From contig OX597815.1 in NCBI GenBank assembly GCA_951406725.2, positions 199,578,001 through 199,642,000 on the forward strand: a stretch of 64,000 nt of DNA, in the 5' to 3' direction. This DNA comes from Octopus vulgaris (taxonomy: Eukaryota). Below are positions 22,575 through 36,621 of this stretch, in pieces (position 1 is the first letter of the stretch; each line of letters opens with the position of its first letter). The translations under genes were made by a program, and so were the position numbers. A model generated the notes under the pieces. It made no database searches. It worked only from the letters and a program-made list of their open reading frames with translations, and had not been told where the DNA came from.

Positions 22575-23094
22575 GTAACAGATTTTTATTCATTTATAAC
22601 ATCACTTTAATCTCACCTCTTTTTTTCCAACCCTCTCTGTCTCCTTGCTTACACCGATCAATTCCATAATAACCAAATTATATCCATCGCCGTTGCCATT
22701 TCACCAAAGAAAAATCACAAAAACCCGAGCAGCTTCCACAAGCTTCCCACCATTATTACAACCATTCCCATTATACATCCACAGCTTAAGACGTGTATAT
22801 AACACGTATATATACATATATACACTCAACTATCGTTTGCCTTGTTGGCTTAATCCATATACTGTCTTCTCATGGCAGTCAGAGTCAAATATTTATATAA
22901 ATCTATATACATCAGATACTTTAATATACACACAGCCTTCTTCTTTCTTCTTATATATATAAAAGAAAAAAAAATGGTGAACTGTTTAAATACTAACAAC
23001 CTTTAAAATTTGAAAAATTCTCTCCATATGAAAGAAACCAATTGGTTTTAACACTTCATATCTTTTGTTACTAATATATATAGTTACTTAATGT

Positions 23095-23530
23095 AAATTC
23101 TAAGTTATATATATATTTATAAGTTATATATTTAAATATATATATATTCTAAGTTTATAGATATATATATTATAAGTTTTATATATATATTATAAGTTAT
23201 ATATATATGTATATATATTCTAAGTTATATATTTATATATATATATATATTCTAAGTTATATATTTATATATATATATATTCTAAGTTATATATTTATAT
23301 ATATATATATTCTAAGTTATATATTTATATATATATATATTCTAAGTTATATATTTATATATATATATATTCTAAGTTATATATTTATATATATATATAT
23401 TCTAAGTTATATATTTATATATATATATATATTCTAAGTTATATATTTATATATATATTCCAAGTTATATATATATAATATTCTATATATTCTAAGTTAT
23501 ATATATATATTCTAAGTTTATATATATATA
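23095..23530. repeat. About 30-bp AT-rich minisatellite (TCTAAGTTATATATTTATATATATATATAT)
   Basis: Direct. Confidence 0.92.
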
Positions 23531-25584
23531 AACAGATCTTGGTATATAAGATTCTTGGTATTTTGGAATTCGGTTTATTCCTTACAACAAAGTAAATTTG
23601 TCTAAAGAGAAAATTAATGTACACTCGACCAAAATTATATTTTGCCCAATTTAACAGTTTTTACTAACCATAAATTTTGAAAATATTTGTTCGTTCCATG
23701 TCATGTCTACAATTTTGATATTGCTGTCTCTTTAAAATTTTAAATCCCTGCTGTTCTATTCGATTTTATGAAATAAATTTTTACATTTTTTACTTCATTT
23801 TATTCACTGTGTGTGTATGTGTAGTGTACTTAAGGCACATTTTGATGTATGTATGTATGAATATATATATTTATTATATACTTTTGAGTCTGGAAATTAA
23901 CGCTATTCAGTTAATAAATGTCTATACCTTATTCAACAATACAGTTTGTAAAGTCCATATAAAGTTTGCTGGCGGGGGTTAAAGAATAGGTACACCACCC
24001 GTTTTCGGTGTGACAAAAGCCCTAACCCTTCCTTGAACACCGGGTGTATGTATTTTTTACCTTTGCCACTTTGTTTTACTGCTTATAGGAAATCCTTAAA
24101 TTCAGTTTGAGTGATTTGCAGTCTTAAAAATTAAATAAAATCTGAAAGATTTAGTAACGACCACCATTTTATAGCTTTGAATTGTCATATTACATACTTT
24201 TGTCTCTTGTGGAAACCCAAGCTTTAAGGACTCAGTCCTGTGTACCAGAGAGAGAATAAAGTAAAGTTAAAATGGAAAAATTGTAATCCATGAAATCGGT
24301 TTTTAATTTTCTATCCATTAAGGATTAAATAGTTGAAAATTCCCCCGACTGTATAATCACTACCATTGTACATATATATTCACATATGTATGTATAATCT
24401 CTTAACCCCACACGTGTGCGAATACATATGGCGATCGAAATTTCTGTTAGCTTATTTTTCAATTTAAAATCTAATGGGATTAGTTAAATACTTTATATAA
24501 AATAAACCTTAAAAGTTCTCCCATGCTGTTATTTATTGTCAGTTGACTTTCTTGTGAGTGAATAAATAAATAAATATATTTCTGAAATATTTCTTTCCCT
24601 ATATTTAAGTCATTCTAAGTATTTTTTTACTTTGTAAGTAAGTATTATTTTATCAGATAAGTTATGAGAAGAAAGAAAAAGAAAAAAAACTGTCTTTTAT
24701 ATAAATATTTTTTTTTTTTTTTCAAAAAAAGTTTTCAAAGTATTTAAAAAATCTTCTTTGGCGTTCAATGGACACGTGCTAAGGTGTGGACCATCATCAC
24801 TTTTACAACAAGCACATGGGTTTCTATACATTGTCCCTCAGCCGAAAAACCCACTCGAATTTTGCTTGTTAATAATCACTGCTAAATTATTAATTACATT
24901 GTTTATACAACAAAATAATTACAAAAGAATTTAAATCCGGTTATTGCCACAAAAGTTTTAGCCTTTTTTTCTTTACATTTGCTCTAAGCTATTATCATGC
25001 CTCTTTGGTCATCCTCAAAACCCAAATTTAAATCAAATTTAAATATTGATTTGAAATAGTATCGATATATATATTTATATATATATTGCAGTATTTTTAA
25101 ATTACTAGTTTAGTAATCGATATCTTATCCTAAATATAAATTTATTTGTTTCGTGCTAGTGGTTTTGTATTTTCGGCATATTTATATATATTTATTTAAC
25201 ATTTAATTTAAGTTGCTTTTGTAGCATAATGGAGTCGCTTTAGCCTTGATAACGAGTTGTGTAGTGGACCCAGATAACTTATTTTGTCGAGCCATTTAAA
25301 AACTACTGCAGAGAAAGAGAATTATAAAAGAAAAGAAAAAAAAAATGACAAAAGTTATATAGAATTCATTGTTTCTCAAATTTTCTGAAAAATGCCGGGG
25401 AATTTTTCTATTTTTTTTTTTTTTTTTTTTAGGCCTTGTTTTTGCTTGGCTGAGATCTTACCCGGTCTGCTAGTTTTTTTTTTCTTTCTTTTGCTTAAGT
25501 TTAAAAAAAAAAAAAAAAAGCAAGCCGAGGAAAAGGTCTGCCTATGTGGCAAAGGCATGCTTCTGGGTCAACCTGTCTTTTTTT

Positions 25585-25665
25585 CGTTCAATATGGCGTC
25601 GTTCTCACGTGATGTCAGCTTAGCGAGCGAGCGAGATGGCCTTCTCTCCTTCTCTCTCGGTTGAA
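25585..25665. promoter_or_regulatory. CpG-rich promoter-like element
   Basis: AATATGGCG (YY1-like) at 25590, palindromic E-box TCACGTGA at 25605-25612, (GCGA)n. Confidence 0.4.
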
Positions 25666-27296
25666 AATCCTCCCTCCTCGAATCATCATCGATTGATTGA
25701 TAGACGATACGATACGATACATATGCAACATTACAATTGATTCATTGCTCTTCGTGTCACTTTTCGAAAAAATTACATTAGTACATTACATGGCAGCAAT
25801 AAGTTTTTTATTTATTTATATATATATATATAAAGAAGAGAAAATACTCGAGGGGTGGTGGTTTTTTTAAAATAAAAAGGAGACATTACAGTTTTAATGA
25901 TTGTCGAAATCTCATTTTCCCTCTTTCAACAACGAATGAATTCAATTTAAATCGTTTTTACTTACAGCGATCCGTGACCCCCCCTCCTTCCCTTTCTATT
26001 TGTCTCGTTGCTGACATTTTTCAAAAAGCTTGTGGCTTGTCTGCAACAACCCTATATACACATAATACACACACATATATATATATATATATTCAACAAT
26101 ATAAGGAGGAATGGCCATATAGGACATTCGACTCACTAGAAAGAGCAGCCAAAACTCAAACCGCTAAATAAGTTGTAATTCTGAAATAGAAAGGAGAAAT
26201 AAAAAAAAAAAAACGTTTACCCCCTTTCGTCTCTGGACTATGCATAGTTTCGGCAAACTTTAATAAATAAATTAATTAAATTAAATTCATTTACATCTGG
26301 CGTGTATGTATAGTTTTGTCACATTCCATCCTCCTCTTTCTATCTCTCTCTCTCCCCTTTGTTCCATAATTTGTCAGTTGTGTCGCTATAATTATAAAAA
26401 GCACAGCATCCTGTCTGTATTCGGTCGGGAACGTTAGAATTTTTCATTCTTTTTATATATATATATATATATATGTTAATCTGATAACTTTACAGTGCCA
26501 TGTATATTTTAATCGTGTGTAAATTTGTTTAAAGAAAAAAAAAAAAGCCGATCTTTCTCTCCCTCTATATTTAAGATATATATATGTATATATATACTTA
26601 TATGCCGCGATCGCTACGTAGTAGATCGTTGCTGCTGCACTAGCATATATATAAAATGTATATATACTACATGTACCACCAACATTGTGTGCGAAAGTGA
26701 GGTGGTATGACAACAGGAAAGCTGTTAGCAGACAAATAACTAAAGCTACTACTCCGGTTTATAATAATAGGTGCGCCACTGTTTTTCCAACATGCTCTGA
26801 TCGTACTACATACCACATATCAAGCGCCCTTAAATGTTCTCTTATATACATAAATATATATATATAGATAGATATATAAATATATTTGTAGTGCACGCCG
26901 CATATGTGTATTACTCATTGACTGTTTGAAATTAAAAATACTGCAGAAATTTAAATTACATCATGTCATATATATATATATATATATACATACGGATTGA
27001 GCTTAATGGCTAATTATTATTTCTCTTCTTTTATTTTTATTTTTCTGTTAGTTTTTCTGACCATATCCTCTCATAATCATTTGTAGTAATTGAGTGTTTT
27101 AGTTAGTATAATGGTGGGAAAAAAGAGGAAGCGAATATTATATTATAGTATTGTCGGAATTAATGACACCCGTTCGTTTGAAACAATCTCTCTTTATTAT
27201 TTTTTTTTGTTTTAGTTTATTTCTAAGTGTACTTTTAATTAGGAACCATGAAACTATATTCTTTGATATACATTAAGTTCGAATTTGGTGTGGAGT

Positions 27297-27335
<39 letters not shown>

Positions 27336-28489
27336 CAAAATTATTAACGACAAATGAAACCGGATACTGTATATATGAATATATATATATATTTTATTTT
27401 TTTTTAAACGCTTTGTCCTTAAAGTCGATTGTAAACTTCTCGTATCACGAGGCATGGCTCAGTAATTCTTGTCCTTACACGTCATAGAATATAATATATA
27501 TGGTTTGATTTTTTTTTTTTTTTTACCATGTCGATGATCCATAATGACTTTTAGCATGAAAAAAAAGTATTTTTTAAACATATTAAAAGAAATTTTAAGT
27601 TTGTAAATAAATTAAGATTTGTGTATTATTTATTTTATTTATTTATTTAGTAGTTTTATTTAACCCCTTTTTTCTGCTTTTTAAACCGAACATATTTAGT
27701 TAAAAGTCGACTTAGTGGAAAAAAACTTCAAATTTTTAGTGTTCGTTACTGTTCGTTGGTTTCCGCTTCCTCTCGGTTATGACTAATTCGTAGCCAGAAA
27801 TGAAATAGTTACATAATATTATACACTCGTTGCCTTTTGAAAATATGTGCATGGTTGCACAATATGTGTACGCAATCTTGCATAAAAAAAATTGCTTAAT
27901 AAAATAAACTTTTTTTTAAAATAGTTTTTATTATTTTTTAAAATTCGTTTTCGTAGTGACACGTTGATATGTGACTACGTAGATGGCACTCAATATATTT
28001 GTATGGCTGGTTATATCGATTCGCACCCAAATTTATCACAACCACACATATACTGGCCTATTGAATGTGTGTCTACTACGTGTAGCGGCTTTACTATTTT
28101 CTTATACCCTAATATTTATTATTATTCATCGTAATTTTAACGTCTTCTCTATCGATGAGACCTGTCTTTGTATATTTTAAAATAAAATTTCGACATAGAT
28201 CTCTTCCACAGAACACAGCAAAAGTTGTAGGGTTTTAGAGGATTTAAATCTCTTGATCTTGTCTAGAAGTATATAATTAGTGTAATTAAACACCAGATGT
28301 TTTAATTATCAGAATAAATACTTAAAATTATTAGTATATATATATTAGTACATTCGTCGTGTACTACTATTACTATTAGTACTACTAAATGTTGAAAGTA
28401 AAATATTAAGAGGGATCGTATCTAATTACTGAACTGTTTTGGCCTATGAAAAATAAAAGTATCCCTGGTCTTAAATCTTCTTTTCCCCC

Positions 28490-28653
28490 CCGTGCAACGC
28501 CGCGCGTGTGTTTTTGTAAGTTGGGGGGGTTCGGCGTCTGACGCGCTGGTTTCAGTTTTGAAAGTTTCGAGTTGGCGCTAATATCCCATGGTCAATGTTT
28601 TCGCGGCGCAGGCGCACTGCGATCGCCGCCAAGTGGTTTCCTCAGACGCCATA
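28490..28653 (+). promoter_or_regulatory. CpG-rich proximal promoter/5' UTR of TIA-1/TIAR
   Basis: Dense CpG; NRF1-like GCGCAGGCGCA at 28606-28616; CGCCAT just before the ATG. Confidence 0.6.
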
Positions 28654-28665
28654 ATGTCTGAACAG
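28654..28665 (+). CDS. TIA1/TIAL1: TIA-1/TIAR candidate first coding exon (MSEQ)
   Basis: ATG TCT GAA CAG|gtactt phase 0, in frame with the next exon, which begins at an acceptor. Confidence 0.6.
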
Positions 28666-28998
28666 GTACTTGTTCTCCCCCACCTCCTTTTTTCTTTCCA
28701 ATTTATTATTATTATTGTTATTTTATTTTACTCGTGTGTCTTATCGTCTTTTTTTTTTGTTGTTTTTCTGGGGGGAGAGGTTTTTTTTTGTTTTCCTTAT
28801 TTCCTTTTTTTTTTAAATCCTAAAGTGGGGAAAAATGGGGAAAAATGGGGAAAAAAAAAAAATCTCCCCTCCCTCCCCCGTTTCTCTCTGTTTTTGTTTT
28901 TGTTTTTGTTGTTCGGTAATTAACCCCTTGATGATGAAACAAATGTGCATTTGTTGTCGTTAAAGATATATCTTTTTTCCATTATTTCCTTTTTCCAG

Positions 28999-29030
28999 AT
29001 GCCTGGCGAAGAGTCACAGCCACGTACACT
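28999..29030 (+). CDS. TIA1/TIAL1: TIA-1/TIAR exon (MPGEESQPRTL)
   Basis: ttttccag|ATG..ACA CT|gtaagt; matches the TIA-family N-terminus ..QPRTLYVGNL. Confidence 0.9.
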
Positions 29031-29731
29031 GTAAGTACTTTTTCTTATTACTTTTTAACCCTCTCATTACTTTTAAAAATACGATGTTCGGAATACATCG
29101 TTTATATATATATGTAATGTGTGTATAAAGCAAAGGGCATGTTGGAAATGTACATTTATACTACGTCTGTCTAGAAGCATATCGTTCGTGACCTAACCCC
29201 CTCCTCCTGTCGACAATTTTCCACTCGTATATTCCTGCCCTTTCTATGATTGTTGTCTTTGAACTTCTATTTGGTTTATTTCTTTTTATATACACAATTG
29301 CAGTTATATAATTCGTTTAGATAAATCTAAAAAATGTTGTCCATGCAACGATTATCCTTCTGAAACTGTTGTGTATGTATGTATGTATAACAATAAATGG
29401 GCAGCAGCTATACGTGGCTATGGTAGTTATTATTGGAAGACATATTTCTGCTAACATAAATCTCGTTATCGTGTGTAGTAGATACGTGTACCGGCATATA
29501 TATGTATATATATATATGTGTGTGTGTATATATATATATAATGCAGTCTTATGTGCGTGTATATATTTTACATATGCATGGATAAATGCGTGAGTGTGTG
29601 TATGTTGTGTATATATATGTATATATATATATATACGTTTTGTGTGTTTTGCATGAAGTTGTTGTCCACGTAATCATAGCTGATCTGATCCCTCCTTTCT
29701 ACTTAATTTTTTTTCTGTTTGTTTCTTGTAG

Positions 29732-29828
29732 GTACGTCGGCAATTTAGATCCTTCTGTCGATGAAAATTTCATTCTAGCCTTATTTACTCAAATGGGGCC
29801 ATGCAAAAGCTGTAAGATCATCCATGAA
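29732..29828 (+). CDS. TIA1/TIAL1: TIA-1/TIAR RRM1 exon (YVGNLDPSVDENFILALFTQMGPCKSCKIIHE)
   Basis: 97 nt, ttgtag|..|gtgagt; completes CT|G Leu; RNP2 LYVGNL and GPCKSCK. Confidence 0.95.
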
Positions 29829-30738
29829 GTGAGTAAACTTTATTCTATTTATAAATATATATATATGTATATGTATGTATATATGTAAAAATGTACAAAA
29901 ACGTTTCTTTTTTAAAAAGTACAAGTACATATGGTAATTTCATGATTGGGTGTGAAATAGCTCATAATATGCGTGTGTAATTGTGTTTATTTTTGTAATG
30001 ATTTTCTAAGTTCCATATTCAGTTTGTGATATTGGGCGAAATACTTGTAGCATGTGCAACATAAATAGCTGCGATCACGACTGTAATGATATCGGTGCTG
30101 TTAAACTAAAAACTGTTCAGCTGTCAGGTCTATTGACGTGTCATATGTATGTATAATGTGTTTGATCTAAATTACCCGTGTAATAGCAGTTAACCTTTTC
30201 TATTATTGTCCATATGGTTTAATGTGTAGTAGGAGCTATAGGTGCTGCTTGATTTATTATTAGTTCCTGGATTTTAAATTTTGTGAAAATCTGAATTAAA
30301 TCTGGTTTTTATTATTTTTTTTTCCTTTTTCTCACATTAGAGATAGTTTGTGTGGTAAGAGGTTAACATTGAAGCAAGGAGTGGTTGCATTTGTTGAAAG
30401 AAATAGGAACTTTAGTACAGTTTTTTTATTTTTAATCTTAAGCTTAAGGAAGAAAAAAAATAAGGTGTGCAGTTTGAATTTCTAACGTATTGCAGAAGTT
30501 AGTGTTGATCACGCAGAAAGGTTTTGCTTGCATTGATATATATTTAAACCTGTTTGTACACACATTTACATGAAATGTTTAATGTGTGTAGTGAGTTGAT
30601 TGATGCCAGCTATTTCTTTTAAACACTGTTTCACAACACATGAAAGTGATTGTAAAGAAATCTAAATTATGATTTTAGTTGAATGTTACAGTTTTAAGTG
30701 ATTTTGTGTTCACTTGATTTCTTTTTAATTTTCTGGAG

Positions 30739-31096
30739 CAGTATTTCAAAACATTCTACTTTAGATTCCTCCCTTATGTGTATCAGTTTGTCCAAAATCC
30801 TTCCCATTTGTCTTGAGTAAATTTTTGCATTACTTTAAAATAAGGTTAAAATTAGAGAAAAAGAAAACACTATTTTGACAAATCATAACCTCATGAAGAA
30901 AGGTATAAAATTTCTTTTTATTCTCAGTGTTAATGAATTGAAAGTGAGTTTAAATTATTTCCTTATGGTTGGATTCATAAATATTTACAGCTAGCATCAA
31001 AGAGAATTTTAAATTTGCATATACGTGTATGACCCTCAAAATGATAAAAAGGAAGATATTTTATAAAATCAGATTCCTCTAAATTGAGAAACACTG
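30739..31096. mobile_element. Older hAT (Charlie-like) MITE in intron
   Basis: CAGTATTTCAAAA / TTGAGAAACACTG ends; flanks TTCTGGAG / GTCTGGAA match at 6 of 8. Confidence 0.5.
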
Positions 31097-34044
31097 GTCT
31101 GGAAGAAGCTACCATGTGCACAGCTTTTGTTGATTACCACAAAACAATTATGTTCATGTTTAAATGTTGCTCTTGAGCAGCTGTTAGAATATCCTGTTCA
31201 GGAAGAGAATTTTGGAGAGCTAGCAGTGAAAAGAGGGCGGACTGGGAGAAATAGTTAAAGCAATGCCTTGGGAACATGGACACTGACTGACCAGTAAATT
31301 GGGTGACCCTAATTAGATGATGGCATGAGACCAGTGAACTGAGAAGCAGAGGCCATGTGTAGTAGCCATAGAAAAGGCCAGAGATGGGAGTGTTTTGATA
31401 AACAACTTAATGGCTATCAGGATATTGTCTAGAATGGCTGTAGTTTGTGATTGTGTGACCTAGTATTTATGATGCTGCAACATTTGTTCAAATTTTTTTT
31501 TTTCTAAGTTGTATCCTTTTAAATACAAAATGCTATATGATTTGGGTGAATTTCTTAAATTGTAAATCGCATCCATTTGATATTCCTCTGCCTCTGTACC
31601 AAGAATCCTTAGATTTTATTCGTTCTTGAACTATGCCATTTTATTTCTCTCTTGGCTGCGTTGACACACTTGGGGAGATGTTTTCTGCATGACAGTTAGG
31701 TGAAGCAGGAATTTCACAAATTAAACACTCTTAAACATCTATTTAACTGTAATAACCATGTGAAGCAGGTATCTTCATTTCATGTCTACTTTGCAACTTG
31801 GGTATATATTGCTGGGATTGTCGCTGTCCAAGACAGACTTATTTGGAACTGCTTCCCCTCTATGCATTAACTCTTTACTTCATAATTTCTTGGATTACAA
31901 TTTGGCCAAAGATTCCATAATGGAAATAAAAGCTAAAAGTATATTCTTGAAGCCCATTAACTTTGCAATCTGTTATCATTATTTTGAAAACATCCATTTT
32001 AAGGAATTCTTACTTCAAGTACTACAGTATATGCTCTCTAGGTGGTTAATATAACCTTATAATGGCTTACATTCTATTTGCACATTTTATAATCAGTAAT
32101 TCCTCCAATTTTTTTTACAGCTGTTACATATTGATTAATGGATGATTTAAGGTTTTTATTTTTTACAAAGCTCAAACTATATAGTACAACATTTGGAATG
32201 AAGATTTTGTTTACTTTCAAGAAGAATTAGTCGTTTATTATAATTCTTATGAAATAAATGAATTGTCATGCATTTCAATAAATTTTAAAAGTAATTAGTA
32301 TTTTGAAGTGATTTACGAATCAACTGTTGTATTATTAGTCCAGTTCTTGAAACATGCAGCTCTTACATGGAATTATCAAGAATATTACATAATTTAAGAC
32401 AAGGTGTTTTGTATTGTAATGCAAAGGATGCTTGTGAATTTTTTGGTAAAGGTTTACACTCTTTCTGATAAGACTTGAATAGTTTGATGCGAAAGAAAGA
32501 AATTGGAATCCTTGTCTGAGAGACATCTCGTTTGTTGCATCCACAGTTGAGATTTGACTATATGTAGTGAATCTTTCTTGCAAGAAATTTAGAATATTTG
32601 GTTTAAATGGAAATTTGGAAGTTAATATAGTTACTTTAAAACTTCCGTTTTGGAAACAATATGTAATAGTTTATTAATTGAACATATTATGTGCATTTGA
32701 ATCATTAGGTCTATTAAGGATTTGTACAGCATAGCTTCATAAAATTTTGAATTAAGTGGATTCTCAAGAGTATTTGAGAGCTTATGGGCATTAGGTCTCC
32801 AATATTTACTCAGTCAGGGTGCTGAATTAAGGGATTTAAAAAGAAAAAAATTATAGAATTATTTGATATAAAATTACTGGGATAGTCTTAATTGCCACCC
32901 CTCCTGCTAAAAATGTCTTGGTTTAACTATTTCAATTCTCAACTACATTTTCTTTTGGTTAAAGTGCTTAATGTTATCTGTTCTTGTTAGCTCAGCCAAA
33001 AGAGGTAGACTCTCTCTATGACAACCAGACCTCTTTCGAATCAGACCCTATTTGTTGCTTTAATATTTTTAGTATTTAAACCAGCCATATCCAGCATAAA
33101 CAATCACATCATAGAAATCTCAAAGCAACAAGGTAATGCATAATTAATTCAGAACAACAAGAATAGATAAGCATTACGTTTGATAGTCTGAATGCTAAAA
33201 GGTTAAAGTTAAATCTCCATTGAAGTTAGACAATTATATGAATAGCTTTGTTAGTTTATGCTTAGAATCTTATGGTTTAGAAAGATTTTAGTTTCGCTAT
33301 AACCTCAAAACTGAAACACTTGTCATTTCTTTAAACATTCATAGCTTTCTATAAAACTTTATCTCTCAATATAATTATTTTACAATTCAGACATTGGTTG
33401 TGTGGAATGTCTTATCAATTTTACAATTTCTTGTAGCATTCCTCTCAAAATGTCAATAACTTAAATATGGTGGTTTTGTTGATGTTTCGGAACTTTTATG
33501 ACAATATCAACATCTAGCCCTCTTGTAAATCCCTTCGCATTTAAACTGGCCAGATCTTGCCTTTCACAGCTACCCTACAACATCATTCTAAAAATAAACT
33601 ACATCATTGAAATGCTGAAGCTATGAGATAATGCATGATTAGTTCAAACCAACATGAATAAATAAACATTACATTTGATGGACTAATCTGAATGTTGAAA
33701 GGTCAATGTTAACTCCATCCGTATGTACATACAGAAGCCACCACTTACAATTTTTACGTCTGTTTAAGATTCTTTTCCCATTCTCAACTCCCGTCAGTCT
33801 TACACATCTATTACAGTGACTGTAAACCTGCAATGAGGACTAGCAAGGTCCAAAAAAGACAAATTTCAAGAAATATAGTTAACACAACCATCTTATTGTT
33901 GCTCAATTGCAGGATCTTTTAACATTACAATATCTTTTAGTGATCAAGTAATCTTCACATATGTAAGGTTCCTCCTCACTTCTGAGTTATTCATAGTTCT
34001 TAAAAAAAAAGTATAATTCGGTCTTCAATGGATACTGACATTCG

Positions 34045-34413
34045 TTGTGCCAGTGGCATGTAGAAAGCACCATCCGAACGTGGCCGATGCCAGCGCCACC
34101 TTGACTGGCTTCTGTGCCGGTGGCACGTGACCTGCTGTACTTGAGGAAACCTATTGAGTCAAGTACATCAACATCAAAATATCAAATGGAAATTGTAGTT
34201 GTGGCACCTGTGCCGGTGGCATGTAAAAAGCACCAACCGATTGTGGCCGCTGCCAGCTTCCCCTGGAGTGGTTGGCATTAGGAAGGGCATCCAGCTGTAG
34301 AAACACTGCCAGATCAGACTGGAGCCTGGTGCAGCCTCCTAGCTTCCGAGACCCTGGTTGAACTGTCCAACCCATGCTAGCATGGAAAACGGACATTAAA
34401 CAATGATGATGAT
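34045..34413 (+). mobile_element. RTE 3' tail (family B)
   Basis: Family B sequence ending in (GAT)n. Confidence 0.85.
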
Positions 34414-34804
34414 GTCTCTGAAGGTGGCCATGTTAGCAGCTTTACTGTTTGTGGATGGTGAGATAGCTTATTAGGCCAATATTAACATATGGGTTACAGT
34501 CTGGGCATGTAATATACAGAGTAAGGAGCCTGTGGGACTCCTGTTTTTGGTGCAGCATTCATATCTTCAAATTCTTTGATCATTTCTGATTCTATGGCAC
34601 TATGCCACAATGAGCAATCTTGCATAGGGAACAGATGTTAAGCATATATCAAAATGCAACTTCTCACTTACACATTTTGTGGGATGCAATCAAATTGTCT
34701 CTCATCGTGGACAACTATGGAGCAGTGTTTTAAAACTTTGAATAATTCATATGATTCATATATAATAGCAAGAATCCAAACATTGTATTGATTCTCAGTA
34801 CAGT

Positions 34805-35037
34805 CATCATCATTGTTTAACGTCTGTTCTCCGTGCTAGCATGGGTTTGATGATTCGACCGGGGTCTGGGAAGCCGGGAGGTTGCACCGGGGTCTGGGAA
34901 GCCGGGAGGTTGCACCGGGGTCTGGGAAGCCAGGAGGTTGCACCGGGGTCTGGGAAGCCAGGAGGTTGCACCAGGCTCCAGTCTGATCTGGCAATGTTTC
35001 TACAGCTGGATGCCCTTCCTAATGCCAACCACTCTGA
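34805..35037 (-). mobile_element. RTE 3' tail (family B) with internal 28-bp x4 G-rich expansion
   Basis: (CAT)n start; CCGGGGTCTGGGAAGCC[G/A]GGAGGTTGCA x4 at 34859-34972. Confidence 0.85.
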
Positions 35038-36621
35038 ATGTAGTATTTTTTAAAAAACTTAATCTGTTTAACTGTCATTTCTGCTTTATCAGGTGATGGT
35101 TTTCTGAACTTGACATTGTTTATCTTCCTAGTTTTTATCGGTCTTTCATACTTCTATTGAATATTTTGTATACACTTCAAAAGTCATACATTTTTTTCAA
35201 CCCGTAGCTGCTTGTATTTCTCCTACAACCAATAACCTCAACAACTTACATCTAAATCTTAGCCAATCAGTGTATGCCAGTGTTAGAGGATCTGAAGCAC
35301 TTATAAGCCCTGATCCTCTCTGGCTAGATAAAAATTAGACCCAAACATTTTGTTGTAAAAACAATTATAAAAGCATTGTCCCAAATTTCTAGGATTTTTT
35401 TTCTTCAATTTTTCTCATTCATTTAATTAGTTGCTGTGGTATTAATTGGCATATGGCTATAAAATTTGACTTTACTTAGTACCTACAGTTCTTGTTTAAT
35501 TAGATGGTGCTTTTTTTTAATGTATTAAGTAGGAAGTGAGCAAAGTAGACTAGCTGAAATAATGTGCTCTGCTATCTTTACGATATCAAGTGATCTTCAA
35601 TCTTCTCTTTATATATTGAATTGACTTCAAAGTCCTGATGTTCCACACAGTTGTTATTTAGTTTCTGATTTCAGCTATGGCCATCTTGTCTTTTTCCACA
35701 CGTACACAAGTATGTTCAATATATGTTTTCCTTTTCTAAGACCATAGATTGTGATATAAAGGGAGAGATATCACTGCTGTTTCTAATAAGCCGAGTAACT
35801 GTGAAGGTTCGTTTCCACAGTTTTAGATAATGTTATCTAGAATTAAGTTGTAACAATTAGAATTGACACATTTTCTGTTAAAAGTTAGCCGGTACAGTAT
35901 TGTCTGAGCGCCATGTAGAAATGGTTGTTTTTTTCTTTCAGATTCCTTTGATGTTAAAAAACGAGTGTAAAAAAAAGTAGTTGTTTTTCTTGATCTTGAT
36001 ACTTTGTTGAGCTTTTGTTAAAAAGACTCTGTTGCATGACATTCGCCAGTTTTAGCTTTCTAAGAATCCTTTCTTATGGAGTCGCTGTCGATAGCAGCTG
36101 CTATTCAAACTTGGAATTTGTACAGGTCTTTTATGTTTCAACTGGTGTTTTTCTTTTGCTCTTGAAACTTACCAGTGTTGCTTGATTAATTGCAAAAACT
36201 TGTCTGCAGGAAATTGCTTGAGCTCTTACAAATCTGGTACTTTGGTTATCTCTTACATAGAATAAATTTTCATTTTCAAGTAGATATTGTCTTTGTTCAC
36301 TAGTGACTTTATGGTGCTTGTATTGCCAACTTGAACCAATACACATTTGAACTGGCTATAATTGAGTCATATTCAAACTAACCAGATCCAACCTCTCACA
36401 CATATGCTACAAAGTTGTCCATGATTCATAATTAGTTCAAAACAGTGTGAATAAGCATTGCATTTAACAGAATAATTTGAATGCTAAAGGGTTAATAACT
36501 ATTGGTTTTGTTTTCCTCTTCAGTGAAATGAATTCAAACTGATAATAAAGTTGCTAATCTCCAGGAATTACCAACAGTACAATACAGAAAACAGCTTTTA
36601 TAAATACCTCTAGAATAAGGG

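Noticed and set aside
28588-28923. 111-aa ORF as a standalone gene
   Set aside because: It runs through the donor at 28666 into low-complexity intron; only MSEQ (possibly with a short upstream extension) fits the gene model
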